From Octopus sinensis (lineage: Eukaryota): 64,000 nucleotides of DNA. Every line of letters starts with the position of its first letter. Within the stretch, counting starts at the first letter, position 1. Of the stretch, positions 1 through 12,614 are shown piece by piece. The translations under genes and the position numbers were made by a program. The notes under the pieces were generated by a model that was not told where the DNA came from, ran no database searches, and was given only the letters and a program-made list of their open reading frames with translations. The stretch lies in contig NC_043007.1 of NCBI RefSeq assembly GCF_006345805.1, positions 32,922,001-32,986,000 on the forward strand, written 5' to 3'.

Positions 1-42
1 CTCTCTCTTTTTCTCTCTCTCTCTTTCTCATGATATAAACGC

Positions 43-279
43 TTTTACTCTTTTACTTGTTTCAGTCATTTGACTGCGGCCATGTTGGAGCACCGCCTTT
101 AGTCGAGCAAATCGACCCCAGGACTTATTCTCTGTAAGCCTAGTACTTATTCTATCGGAACTCTTTTGCCGAACCGCTAAGTTACGGGACGTAAACACAC
201 CAGCATCGGTTGTCAAACGATGTTGGTGGGGAGGGCAAACACAGACACACAAACACACACATATATATATTATATATAT

Positions 280-336
<57 letters not shown>

Positions 337-512
337 TATATATATGCATATATACGACGCGCTTCTTTCAGTTTCCGTCCACCAAATCCACTCACAAGGC
401 TTTGGTAGGCCCGAGGCTATAGAAGAAGACACTTGCTCAAGATGCCACGCAGTGGGACTGAACCCGGAACCATGTGGTTGGTAAGCTAGCTACTTACCAC
501 ATAGCAACACCC
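43..512 (-). mobile_element. tRNA-derived SINE, family A (head GGCGCAGGAGTGGCTGTGTGGTAAG..., tail ...GGCGGTGCTCCAGCATGGCCGCAGTCAAATGACTGAAACAAGTAAAAGAG)
   Basis: Reverse complement aligns by eye along its length with the copies at 17188, 39254, 44469 and 57432; internal (TA)n/(CA)n tract; A/B-box-like head. Confidence 0.85.
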
Positions 513-1377
513 ATGAGTAAAACGTTAAATCCTCCGACATAAATTTCCTTTCCTGAGCGTCTAATAACACTCTACTTGTTCCACGTCCTCACGCTGTTGT
601 TTTCTCTTTATGTTTTCATGTCTGGATTGCGGGCTTAACCCGAGTATAAATTTAGTAAAGTGAACGTGTATTTGCAAGCTGATTTAATTTCTACCAACAC
701 TGACTTCAGGTATGTAATGTCAGCCCATAAATCGGGCTCCTTTCAATGAGCCTAGTTGCAGTTCATTTATCTTCGTTCAGCGTCTGGCTGTCGTCTTAGA
801 AGTACCCTGTGTCAAAAAATATCATTCGTAGCTGATGTTCTCTAGACATCGTTCACACGCGACAGACTCGAGCTCAGAAGTTACAGCCCGAGTTGTTATC
901 TATAGTCGTAAAAATTAAAAGTAATTCAAATTCAATGTTTTTTTGAAACGATAATTGTCTATAGAGATTAGGATTTAAATTCCAATCTATGAAAAGTTTC
1001 CGTTCTACAATATTCTTAAAGGAACAATTATCCAGTAACTCGGGCTAACACGACCAAGCTTGGTAGGTCTAAAATACTAACTGGCATCTCTTGTCAAGCG
1101 TACCGGAGACAGTCAGATCGTTGATGTTTGTTGTGCATTCCGCTGTCATTATTTGATTGCTGTTATTTTGTGGGTCTGTGTGTAAAGATCAGTTGTGTTT
1201 TGCAGGATTGCTTCTTTTTATCCTTAAATTAGAAAAGGAGAAAGACATAGTGCTAGGTATAAAATAACTCAAGCAATTTAGGGAATAGAAATATTGCGGA
1301 AAAACGTGAAAATCTTTGAGCTGGCATGTGTCTTATGCGAAATTTGTGAAGAGCCCGAGTGACGCTGAAGTCGTCTC

Positions 1378-1417
<40 letters not shown>

Positions 1418-1424
1418 TTTCTTT

Positions 1425-1516
1425 TATTCTTTTATTTGTCTCAGTCATTTGACTGCGGCCATGCTCGAGCACCGTCTTTAGTCGAACAAATCGACCCCAG
1501 GACTTATTCTTTGTAA
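1425..1516 (-). mobile_element. SINE family A, 3' tail fragment
   Basis: TCAGTCATTTGACTGCGGCCATGCTCGAGCACCG...GACTTATTCTTTGTAA matches the family A tail. Confidence 0.8.
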
Positions 1517-1942
1517 ACTGAGGGAGGAAGAGAGAGAGAGAGAGAGAGAGTCAGCAGGTGAGATCCATTGGTGCTCAATATAGAACACATTTAGGAGCGC
1601 TCAAATGATTTGAATTTAAACTTACACTCCGAAACCTTTACCGAGAACCAAGTCCGTGTAGGGTAAATAGTGGCCAAAAGACGAATCCAGGTGAGCTGAT
1701 ATGGAGACAATGACGCCAATGAACAGATAAAACTGCTTGGGTTGCACATAGGAAATATATGCACATGTATACGCGGAAATAGGAAGAAAGTAAAGACAGA
1801 ACATTTTCAGACGTTGAATATTCCTCCATAGATATTCTTCTATACATATTAACAGAGCAAGCTTACACAGAATACAAAAAACACAGAACAATATAGGAAG
1901 AAGTTATGGCATTATACACACATACATACATACATAAATACA

Positions 1943-1976
<34 letters not shown>

Positions 1977-1987
1977 CACACATACAC

Positions 1988-2020
<33 letters not shown>

Positions 2021-2151
2021 CATACATACATTCATACATACATACATATATATATGTAATTAATAATATCAGGGTAATAAAGATTTTAAAAACTTTTACT
2101 ACCAGTGGCCAAGTGTATAGAAAAATTAGTCAATAGACTATATATTATTCA

Positions 2152-2452
2152 TATAAAATACAGTGTACATTTAAACACATAAGAGGTTTCCATCATAGGA
2201 ATCCTTTATTCTAGAAAGAACAGCTAAAGTCCAAACCATTAATTAGGGATAAATTCTCGAAAGGAAAGAAAATTAAAAACATTTACCATCTATTTCCTGG
2301 ACCATGGTTTCTGACTTTATTTAGGAAATAAAATAATTTTCTAGGCGAAGTCTCCTTCAACAGGTACGCCAAGATTAAACATATGAACACGAGACCAATC
2401 CAGTATGTGCCTCTTGCTTAAGTGTGCTTCTTGTTTAAATGTACACTGTATT

Positions 2453-2457
<5 letters not shown>
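2152..2457 (-). mobile_element. Hammerhead-bearing short repeat, family H2 (Penelope pLTR/retrozyme-like), bounded by a 26-bp inverted repeat
   Basis: Homologous to 23260-23530 on the opposite strand; TATAAAATACAGTGTACATTTAAACA (2152-2177) is inverted at 2432-2457. Confidence 0.65.
2296..2364 (-). ncRNA. Type I hammerhead ribozyme-like motif with decayed core
   Basis: Minus strand: CCTG-TTGAAGG-AGACTT..AAGTCA-GAAAC-CATG-GTC-CAGG; stem I CCTG/CAGG, palindromic stem III ACCATGGT, GUC triplet; core has two changes from CUGANGA. Confidence 0.6.
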
Positions 2458-2504
<47 letters not shown>

Positions 2505-2534
2505 GTTTGTGTGTGTGTGTGTGTGTGTGTGTAG

Positions 2535-2828
2535 AAGCGCAATGGCCTGGTTAGGGCAGCGGACTCGCGGTCGTAGGATCGCGGTTTGATTCCCAGACTG
2601 GGCGCTGTGAGTGTTTAGTGAGCCGAAAACACCTAGCTCCACGTGGCTCCAGCAGGGGGGGGGTGAACCCTGATGTACTCTTTCACCACAACTTTCTCTC
2701 AGTCTTTCTTCTGTTGGCCAACTCGCTTAGCCAGCGGGGTGGCGTCATTTGAAGGCTAAAACAATGCGAAGCGTATTATGACCAGCGATGTGTAGCAACA
2801 TAGCCTGGTCAGCACGGTGATCACGGTG
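2535..2828 (+). mobile_element. tRNA-derived SINE, family B (head GGAGGCGCAATGGCCCAGTGGTTAGGGCAGCGGACTCGCGG), tail type 2
   Basis: Head matches 8711, 21405, 35573 and 60980; tail ...CACGGTGATCACGGTGATATAT matches the 8430 copy. Confidence 0.8.
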
Positions 2829-3975
2829 ATATATATATATATATACACACACACACACGTATATATATATGTATAAAAATTATATATAAAAATGGGACAA
2901 GAACGTAAAAAACACAAAGAGACGACACAAAAACGGACGGGTCATTCGAAGCCCCTAATCTTATATATATAAATATATGGGTCTGTGTCTTAGGTGTCGA
3001 AATTATAATAATTTCCAGTTGAAAACTGAAGAAGGTATCAGACTTTTATATGTCCATATGTTCTGTCTTTTCGTTTGAGGGTAAATTTGTCTGTTGTTCG
3101 TCTATATATATATATACGCTAACATAAACCCCTTACTTGAGTTGGTTGTAGTGACACAATACAAGGTGTTATCTGAATTTAAAATCGAGCTCACAGAATT
3201 GTTAGAACGTCGAAAAAGCATCTCTCGCGCTCCGACTCACAAAAGTCAACTTTTAACCTCTCAAAGTCAACAAAATAAAGTAATTTATTGATATCATAAG
3301 AACTTCGAGAATGTAAAATAAATCCTTTTAGAAATATCGAATTTTGAAGGAAACAATGCTTTAAATAATAACATATAAATACTGGGTGAAAAATGAAGTC
3401 TTTGGATAGAAAAAAGTCGAAGGTTTTGACTTTTTAGCCAAAGTGTTTATTCATCCAAATATTTGCATGCTATAATTTAAATGCATTGTGTGCTTCGGGA
3501 TTCACCGTTCCTAAAATACTTTATTTTAAAAAGGTTCTAGGCAAATAGTGAGGCAAATAGAATCAATTTATAGCTTTCCATCAAAATTGCCAGCCTTATG
3601 CCTACACAGGAAACGATTGTTTAGCAGGTGTATTTTAGATGATAAATTTGATATGGCGGTAGGCAATAGAAGAAAACCGAAGGAATAAACGTGTATGTGT
3701 GATTTGTGCGAGCGTATGCGTTTGAGTGTGTAGAATGTATTTTAGTGTTGAAGGGGTGGGTATGTTGATATAATCAAATTTAGGGAATGATTGAAATTAA
3801 ATATATTTTTCTTTGCTAGTGATATCAATTAATGTTCAGTTGCTATAGAATCTAAAAGTAGTGTTTAAATCTTAGAGCTGATATGCGATGAATAATAGAT
3901 GAAGGTTGCAGGGAGTGAATATATATGTATGGATAAATGAGTGTGTGTGTGTGTGTGCGCGTATGTGTGTGTGTG

Positions 3976-4021
<46 letters not shown>

Positions 4022-4109
4022 TGGTGTATGAATGTGTAGAGAATGCTTTAAATTTTATAAGGTGGCTAATTTGGATTAATTGAATTTAGAGAATAATTCA
4101 AGTTAGCAT

Positions 4110-5750
4110 AAAACAAAAAGGACGTCAGTTCTTCCATTTAACATCAATAATTACTACCTGCCTATCTCAACGAAACGCCTTAGAGAAGCATTCTAGCACG
4201 CAAACCAGTTGATGCCTGTTTCCAAGAAAGATAAGATTATTATTCTACAGGCCAGAAAATCTCTACTATTATACGAAAGAAATTTGTGGATTAAGGCAAA
4301 TTCCAAAGAAAGCTAAGATTATTGTTCTACGGCCAGAAACTTTCTACTATTATACGAAAGAAATTTGTGGATTAAGGCAATTCAAAGAAAGCTAAGATTA
4401 TTGTTTTACGGCCAGAAACTTTCTACTATTATACGAAAGAAATTGTGGATTAAGGGAAATTCCAAAGAAAGCTAAGATTATTGTTCTACGGCCAGAAACT
4501 TTCTACTATTATACGAAAGAAATTTGTGGATTAAGGGAAATTCCAAAGAAAGATAAGATTATTGTTCTACAGGACAGAAAATTTCTACTATTATACGAAA
4601 GAAATTTGTGGATTAAGGCAAATTCCAAAGGAAGATAAGATTATTGTTCTACAGGCCAGAAAATTTCTACTATTATACGAAAGAAATTTGTGGATTAAGG
4701 ATAATTCCAAAGAAAGCTAAGATTATTGTTCTACGGCCAGAAAATTTCTACTATTATACAAAAGAAATTTGTGGATTAAGGGAAATTCCAAAGAAAGATA
4801 AGATTATTGTTCTACAGGACAGAAAATTTCTACTATTATACGAAAGAAATCTGTGGATTAAGGTAAATTCTTAAGAACATCCCAGGTATGCGACTCTACA
4901 GAGTTATCTGATCCAGATAGACCATTCTATACACTGTAAACACTAAATTCCTGTTTTTGCCCCCCTCCCCATTTTTTAAGGAGGCCTTTATAGAGATGTT
5001 GGCTTTATCAGCATCAAGGACATATCAATAGGCCTTAATAATTCCATACTCGCAGGAGACAACTTAATGAACAACCTAATGCATGCATGCATCACATATC
5101 TTTTCATTATCAAAAACTAAAAATAAAACACAATCTCGAAAATGGTTTTGTCAGACAATGGCGCCCTCTTCAGTACAAACAGGTACAACTGCAGACACAA
5201 TCTTCAACTAAGAAATCTAGGAGATCAGAACAAATGCACGCCAACACACATTTGTTGATAAAAGAACAAAATATAAAACTACCTGGTATAACCTACCATA
5301 CAAACTACAATTCTTGCTTCCTCAAAAAATCTATTCCCAAATTCATCAGCACCACCCCGTTTTTACTAACAACATTATCTAACTCATCTACCTCATAGAC
5401 CTTAATCTACTCTACCCCACTCCGTTCCTTTATGAGATAAAATATTTGACTAATCAACATAAACTCCAACGCAGGAACCCACTTAATTACTTACTCTAAA
5501 ACAAATTCTCTGACATGATTTACTTCGTATGTATCCGGACAAATTTATTTCTAGCATTTGTGGATAAATTTTAGTGAAATCAAACATTGTCTTAAGTAAC
5601 ATCTATAGGGAGAAACATTAAGTGATATGACAAAAGAACAGATAACCGGTCATCCTTTGCACTTAAAAGCGTCCATTATCCCTTATAACATCACGTGGAT
5701 ATCTTAAACAGAGGGAAACCTTACCACCGTATTTAAAGCTTTGACCTGTT
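4110..5750 (+). mobile_element. Degenerate Penelope-like element, reverse-transcriptase region
   Basis: Broken translation NINNYYLPISTKRLREAF*HANQLMPVSKKDKIIILQARKSLLLYERNLWIK and GLYRDVG at about 4984 resembles the PLE RT motifs FDIxxFYPSI...IIMHARKSLLF...WVKK and GLYRDDG; many stops and frameshifts. Confidence 0.7.
4219..4870 (+). repeat. Minisatellite, 8 copies of a 79-82 bp unit
   Basis: TTCCAAAGAAAG(C/A)TAAGATTATTGTTCTAC...GAAAGAAATTTGTGGATTAAGG restarts at about 4219, 4301, 4381, 4460, 4541, 4623, 4705 and 4786. Confidence 0.95.
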
Positions 5751-5859
5751 TCTTTTGCAAACAAGAAAGCAATTCCATTCAACAAACAAGACATTCTAAT
5801 TCTGAAGATAAGCTTAATATCATTCTAAATCACCCCTCTCTCTATCTCTCTCTCTTTCT

Positions 5860-5959
5860 NNNNNNNNNNNNNNNNNNNNNNNNNNNNNNNNNNNNNNNNN
5901 NNNNNNNNNNNNNNNNNNNNNNNNNNNNNNNNNNNNNNNNNNNNNNNNNNNNNNNNNNN
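5860..5959. other. Assembly gap (100 N)
   Basis: Run of N. Confidence 1.
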
Positions 5960-6039
5960 CCCAGCATGGCCGCAGTCAAAGGACTGAAACAAGTAAAAGA
6001 GTCAATGAGTAAACAGTATAGATATATATATATATACAT

Positions 6040-7215
6040 ACATAAATGGTGCGATGGGTAAATTGTCGCCATTGTATATTTTTAATTATGCACATACGCA
6101 CTGTTTGATTTTGATTTTGTTGACTACACGGTATAGTAGGGTCAGTTGAGCACCGTCTGCGAGAAAAAAACAGCACCACGACACAATTCACACTGCAAGA
6201 AATTTGGAAACATACTGTACTGCTTGGCATTTTGCCGGAAACTCCAATACGAACACTTCAGAGTGTTTGGGTATCAGTGGCGGCTCGCAGATAAAATTAG
6301 TGGGGTAGCTACTTCAGAAAATTTTTAGCCATTGTCTTAATATTGTGTAAAAGGAAACAAACATATAAAAAGAAAATTTATGCATAAACTTGATCGGTTC
6401 ACGTTGTATCTACTGCGGGTAGTGTGTTTTTATTTGTTCACTGAACACCGCCGCGAATTCCCCCTTGTTTTTCAAAAATCCCTACTAAATTACGAAATAA
6501 GAGGGGGTGGGAAATATTCCCTATTCTTTAAATCCTGGCAGCAACATTGAAGCTGAATGCAGGATAGTAATCTAATTCTACACTTTATCACATTTAAGAA
6601 TATAAACACGTTTTTAAGCACAGCACACGTGGAGTCCAAGAAAGACCACTTTTCACCCGGCACTGTCGTTCATGCAGTACTCTCCCCCTTGTGTAAAGCT
6701 CCCTATCTCGGACATGTGAGCATGCGCACAACAGGCTCACCGTGTCGCTGGAACTGTTAAGCGCACAGCTCTATACAAGGATTTTGTATGTTTTTCATAA
6801 ACTAGGGGATGGCTACTGGCATTAAGCTTAAGGATTATATAATGTACAAGTATAAAGAAAGTATTAAAGAAAAAATAACTCATTATAATGAATGTTATCG
6901 ATAATATCGAGTAGAAATAGTGGGTGCTGCAGTTCCGCATGTGTGGGACGCAGTTAAGCGAGAGACCAACAAAACTCCTAATAATACGAAGATGGACTGA
7001 CAGCAAAGGTTATGGTAGCATTCACCAACTTAAACAAGGAGACCGTCCTGAAGAGATGCAGTAGATTCCATGGGCGATTTCATAGATATATAATTCTAGT
7101 CTGGTAATTTCATAGATATATAATTCTGGTAAATATATCTGCTAAATAAGATGTCAGTGTTATTTTTATTTTTAGACGACAATTTAGACGACAATACATT
7201 CACTGCTACATGTAT
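6040..7215 (+). mobile_element. Internally deleted Tc1/mariner-superfamily element (maT/DD37D-like)
   Basis: Near 6940-7070 translates to VWDAVKRETNKTPNNTK...VAFTNLNKETV, a transposase C-terminus; both ends are homologous to the 16268-17103 copy. Confidence 0.7.
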
Positions 7216-7244
7216 ATATATATTCAAATTCAAAATGTGCGTAT

Positions 7245-7420
7245 ATATATAGGGAGAATTCACACACAAAAAAAAAAAACAAAAGACGAAAACAGGTGGT
7301 GTAGACAACAAACAGATGTATTAGTTTAACGCTCGGAAAGGGAAAATGTTTTTAACGTTTCGAGCCTACGCTCTTTCACAGAAAGAATCCCATAAATAAA
7401 CAAGGAGAGAAAATAGAGAA
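7245..7420 (-). mobile_element. Short dispersed repeat, family H1, with hammerhead-like motif at 7348-7386
   Basis: Homologous to 17985-18190, 29635-29780 and 46090-46260; minus strand TCTTT-CTGTGAAA-GAGC-GTAG-GCTC-GAAAC-GTT-AAAAA. Confidence 0.65.
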
Positions 7421-7421
7421 C

Positions 7422-7454
<33 letters not shown>

Positions 7455-7949
7455 GGATGTGTTGTATACATACATATATATGTATGTATGCATGTATATG
7501 CATATATATTATATATATATAATAATATATATATATATATATATATATTTATTTATTTATTTATAAACACGCATTCATATATGGAGGCACACACATAAAC
7601 ATATACATGTAATTTGTATATAGATTCCATTTATCCTAACCTCTTACCGTGCACTCTTTGTCTCTCTCTTCCCCGTTTCCCGCTTCCCCGTCTCGCCCAC
7701 TGTCCTTCTCTAAGTGTTTTCCTTTTAACAATTATTTTTCTGCTAAAGAGTTATACCCACCACTTCTCTTTTCTCTCCAATCACTTTATTGTCACTCACA
7801 TACGATACTTTTTATGTGCTTAAAAATATTATATTCCAGAAACTACATTTTCTTTCACAAATGTACATTCCACTTAAAACAATCTTATGCACACGTGCAT
7901 TCACATATGATATACAATAAATGAGTCTGTGTGTGTGTATATACATATA

Positions 7950-8318
7950 TTGTGGCACTCCGTCTGTTACGACGACGAAGGTTCCAGTTGATCTGATCAA
8001 CGGAACAGCCTGCTCGGGAAATTAGCGTGCAAGCGGCTGATCACTCCACAGAAACGTGTACCCTTAATGTAGTTCTCGGGGAGATTCAGCGTGACACAGT
8101 GCGTGACAAGGCCGGCCCTTTGAAAACAGGAAGAAAGAGTGAGAGGAAATTGTGATGAAAGAGTACAACAGGGATCACCACCACCACCTGCCGGGGCCTC
8201 GTAGAGCTTTAGGTGTTTTCGCTCAATAAACACTCACAGCGCTCAGTTTGGGAATCGAAACCGTGATCCCAAGACCGCGATTCCGCTGCACTAACCACTG
8301 GACCATTGCGCCTCCACT
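7950..8318 (-). mobile_element. SINE family B, tail type 1 (...CTCGTCGTCGTAACAGACGGAGTGC)
   Basis: Reverse complement aligns with the full copy at 35573-35956. Confidence 0.8.
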
Positions 8319-8369
8319 GTATTCACTGTATACATACATGCATAGATACATACATACATATAATATATA

Positions 8370-8402
<33 letters not shown>

Positions 8403-8429
8403 CATACACACATATATATATATATATAT

Positions 8430-8709
8430 ACGTGATCACGTGACCGATCAGACCATCATATGTTGTTACACATCGCTGGTCACAATGCGTTCGCATTGTT
8501 TTAGCCTTCGAATGAAGCGGCAGGCCAACAGAAGGAAGAGTGGGAAAAGAGTGGTGAAAGAGTAACAGCAGGATCACCAGCCCCTGCTGGAGACTCGTGG
8601 AGCTTTTAGGTGTTTTAGCTCAATAAACACTCGCAACGCCTGGTTGGGAATCGAAACCGCGATCCTACGACCACGAGTCCGCTGCCCTAACCACTGGGCC
8701 ATTGCGCCT

Positions 8710-8711
<2 letters not shown>
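8430..8711 (-). mobile_element. SINE family B, tail type 2
   Basis: Head ends ...GGGCCATTGCGCCTCC at 8711; tail GTGATCACGTGACCGATCAGACC as in the 2535 copy. Confidence 0.8.
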
Positions 8712-8784
<73 letters not shown>

Positions 8785-9227
8785 CACATATATATATCAG
8801 TATTTATGTATACATATTTATATATGTACACACACATACATATATATATACATGCATATGTATGTATATATATAAACATAATATAATATAATATATGTCA
8901 TATCATATCATATATCATATCACATGAAGGAATGTTTCATGCATCAATGAATGTCACATTCAGAACCAGAATTCCAAATCAAGTCGGCATAATACCTCAC
9001 ACGTTCACAAAATTTGAATAATACACAACAAACTGACATTTTAACCTCTCCTTGAAAATATTTTCTAATCACAAAACAAGACATTCACCGACACACAATA
9101 CAAAAGCCTGCCATCTCTCACCCCCAACTCTCTTCGAAATTGAAACAAAATCCTTCAGATAATAAAAAGGCTTCGATATATAGACCACATTAAACTCGTG
9201 CGCACATACCACACACACATATGTGTG

Positions 9228-9278
<51 letters not shown>

Positions 9279-9551
9279 GTGTGTGTGGTGTGTGTAAATG
9301 CATAAGCACACATATACACCCAAAATATTGCTTTTTCTGAGTTAAATAAATACAACATTCCTTTCATCAATTCCCACACCGACGATCACCCGAATTTCAC
9401 AATGCGTAGCATTTACTGTCCCAATAGCTTATACATACATACATACATACATACATACATACATACATGCATGCATACATACATACATACATACATACAT
9501 ACATACATACATACATGCATGCATACATACATACATACATGCATGCATGCA

Positions 9552-9585
<34 letters not shown>

Positions 9586-9599
9586 AATATATTTATGTA

Positions 9600-9708
9600 C
9601 GTATGTCATCAAAGTACTATCTACCGAGCAGACATGATGTTGTTGCTAGGATACTGTATAACGAGATCCGTCGAAAGGATAATCCCGAAGAGAAAGAAAT
9701 AAGACTCA
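9600..9708 (+). mobile_element. R4/Dong-like (RLE-type) LINE fragment, Zn-knuckle-adjacent region
   Basis: MSSKYYLPSRHDVVARILYNEIRRKDNPEE contains the Y..RHD.VA motif found before the restriction-like endonuclease; abuts (TACA)n. Confidence 0.6.
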
Positions 9709-10054
9709 CAGTGTACATATATATGTATATATGTATACACACACACACATATATAATTATTCTATATCGAGGTTACTTGAAGAATATTATTCTTATTAAA
9801 GAACAATTTATATTACATGGAAAAATGCGAGCAAGAGAAATAATATTCTTAAACTTATAAACCTGGAAAAATACAGGACAAGTTGAGGGTAAGTTATTAC
9901 ATCTGGTATAGTACAGAACAAAAATTTTTTACTTAAAATATTGCAGCTACGAGGAAAAAAATTTCAAATAAAATATTTGAATCTAGAAAATATTAGCTTT
10001 TATTAAAACTAAAAAAAATTATTACAAGTTATTACTTCTCTTTGTTATAACTTA

Positions 10055-10423
10055 CTAGCAGTATCGCCCGGCGTTGCTCGGGTTTGTAAGGGAAATAACT
10101 ATATAAGCATTATTTGAGAGTTATAGCCAAAAAATAGCAAAAAAATGCATTAAAAATCGTTGACTTATCGTAGACATTTTTAGAGAGTTACTTCCCTTAT
10201 ATAATAGCGAAAAAATGCATTAAAATGGAAAAAAATGATGGTAACTTTTTTTAAAAATCGTAGACACGTCGTTGACGCGCGCTAATACCCAGAAGGGCTC
10301 GATATGAATCACGACTATAAGATACCCGGTTTTGGTTACACTGCACCGCAAAATGTGGGAGTAGTTAGGAATCTAAATCGTAGGAGACAGACACTCACAC
10401 AACTTCACTTTTATATATAAAGA
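10055..10423 (-). mobile_element. Non-autonomous Helitron
   Basis: Minus strand starts A^TCTTTATATATAAAAG and ends with hairpin CCCGAGCAACGCCGGG then CTAG^T; sits in an AT site, no TSD. Confidence 0.8.
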
Positions 10424-12614
10424 TTACTTCTATTAAAATAACTCAATTAAAATACTTTTCGCACTTTTAAAAAATTGATTTTTTTAAATGATTAATTAAT
10501 AATTAGAACGTTGAAAATAGGTTATTGTAAATAATAGTAGTACATAGTTAGTACAATAAATAGAATAATACAAAAATTAGTTATATATTACAGTAAAATC
10601 TACTTATAGCAACAAATTCACAGTAAAATTGGCTTGGGTTGTTGCCTAAGTTATTGCCAACTCTTCACATTTTTAGTTTTGACCCAATGCCTATTTTTTA
10701 CTCAATGAATTTGCCTACCATATATACTATTCTACTTTGCATAAAACTTTAACTATATTGGTACTTCTGGATTACATTTTAAAAGTATTCTAGTGTGTCA
10801 GTATTTCACCAAAATGATGGTACCTTTTTTAATTATTATGCTTCTTTGTAAATTGAAATCAAATGATTTTTAATATTCAAATTGTATCGTTAGCTGCAAT
10901 ATTTTAAGTAAAACTTGTCTTGTTCTGTACTTTACCAGATGTAATAACCTGTCCTGAATTTTTCCAAGTGTAATAATTTGTCCTCTACTTTTCCTGGCTT
11001 ATAAGTTTAAGAATATTATTTCTCTTGCTTGCATTTTCCTATGTAACCCATGTTTTTTTTTCATGCTATGCTATTATGCTAATTAATAACGCATCAATAT
11101 TTTCTCCTATATTTAGCTTGCGCTTCAGCATGTTGTCTTTTCTTCCTTTCTTCTTCATCCAGTTGATTACCCCCTTATTATTATTATCCTTTTTATTAAT
11201 CCCAGGCCCCGGATTTAATTCTACCCCACCAATAATGAGTAGCCTTAAAATTAAAGCACACAAGCGATTATTATTATAAAAAATTGAGTGCTTGTTATGT
11301 GCTAATATATAATTATTATATTGAAACAAATTACAACAAAAAACGCGCAAACGATATGTGATAATTTATTTTAAAAATATATTCTTGATTAATTAAAATT
11401 CATTAAGAAACTAATTCTAATATAAAGAATATTTTCAAGATAAAAATATTTTTTTTTTATAAATTGCAGAAGAAATAGAACTGTGACCTATATAGTAACA
11501 AGCCTAGTAAGAAGAGAGGCAAATGAAAAGTGAAAAATAAAACAATTCGCCGGTAACTGATTAAAATACGAATCTAGATTAATTGTCAAAGATATTATGA
11601 ATGTCAAAGATTTATAAGAGTGTAAATTTTACTTTTCAATTGAAATACAGAAACAACCGCATCGGTGACATATATGACAAGTTCCTTTATAGAACTATTT
11701 CCGTAAAAAATGCATAGAACTATATCATCACCCTCAAATTTCAGAAACAAATACTCATGTTTTCTTTTAGAACTTCATTGCATGAGATTGTTAACTGATA
11801 TACAAAAACTATAAAAAATATTCCATTTAGTGGGACCAAAACTCTGAAATTCCTCGCAGTGTCGTTGATAAGATTTTTCTTTACCTCAATGATGCCGGTA
11901 ACATATATATATATAATGTCCCCTTAGAATAAAAAATGCGTAGAATTATATTTATCACCCACAAATTAGAGCAACAAACACTCATAACTATTTTCATTTA
12001 GAATTTCCTCGCATGAGATTGATACCATAAAACTCCTTGAATTGAGCTCTATCATTCAAGCTTAATTAAAATATAGTTTGTTTTTAAAAGAAAAAAAACT
12101 TTATTTATACTTAAATCCAATATTTTGGCTTATATTTTTTCATGATATTTTACTTCACAAATTTGTTGCTGCATGGTACAAAACTATGGAATTCTTCAGG
12201 CTTTATTCTGTCATTGAAGCTAAGATAAATATATATTTTGCTCTCAAAATGAAAAAAGATATTTAGATCTAAACTTGACAGGTGGCGTTATATACTCTCG
12301 TATAACGTCGCAACGAATTGCGATTTAAATTTTTTTCTACTGAACCAAATCTCATTTTTTAATGCCAAAATGTAGCTAGAGACTTGGCCTCTTCAAAAAT
12401 GCTAACGGTTTTCCATTTAGTTAACAATTGAATTAGCGACAAGATATGAAATATGCGGCGTGTGAGTAAATTGCAGCCTTAAGTATATTATTCAACTACT
12501 GATGTAGTTGAATGATGACTAGCATAAAAGTATAGAGTACCCCTTCACATTAATTTAAAATTATTTTTACTCTAACTGAACCTAAAAACAATCATTAGTG
12601 TATGTACGCGTGCG

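Noticed and set aside
4219-4870. CRISPR-like appearance of the short tandem arrays (also 25866-28300)
   Set aside because: Units are contiguous with no unique spacers, no cas genes, eukaryotic context.
11690-12030. Diverged direct repeat of about 100 bp at about 230-bp spacing
   Set aside because: Low identity in AT-rich DNA; probably an internal repeat of a decayed DNA transposon.
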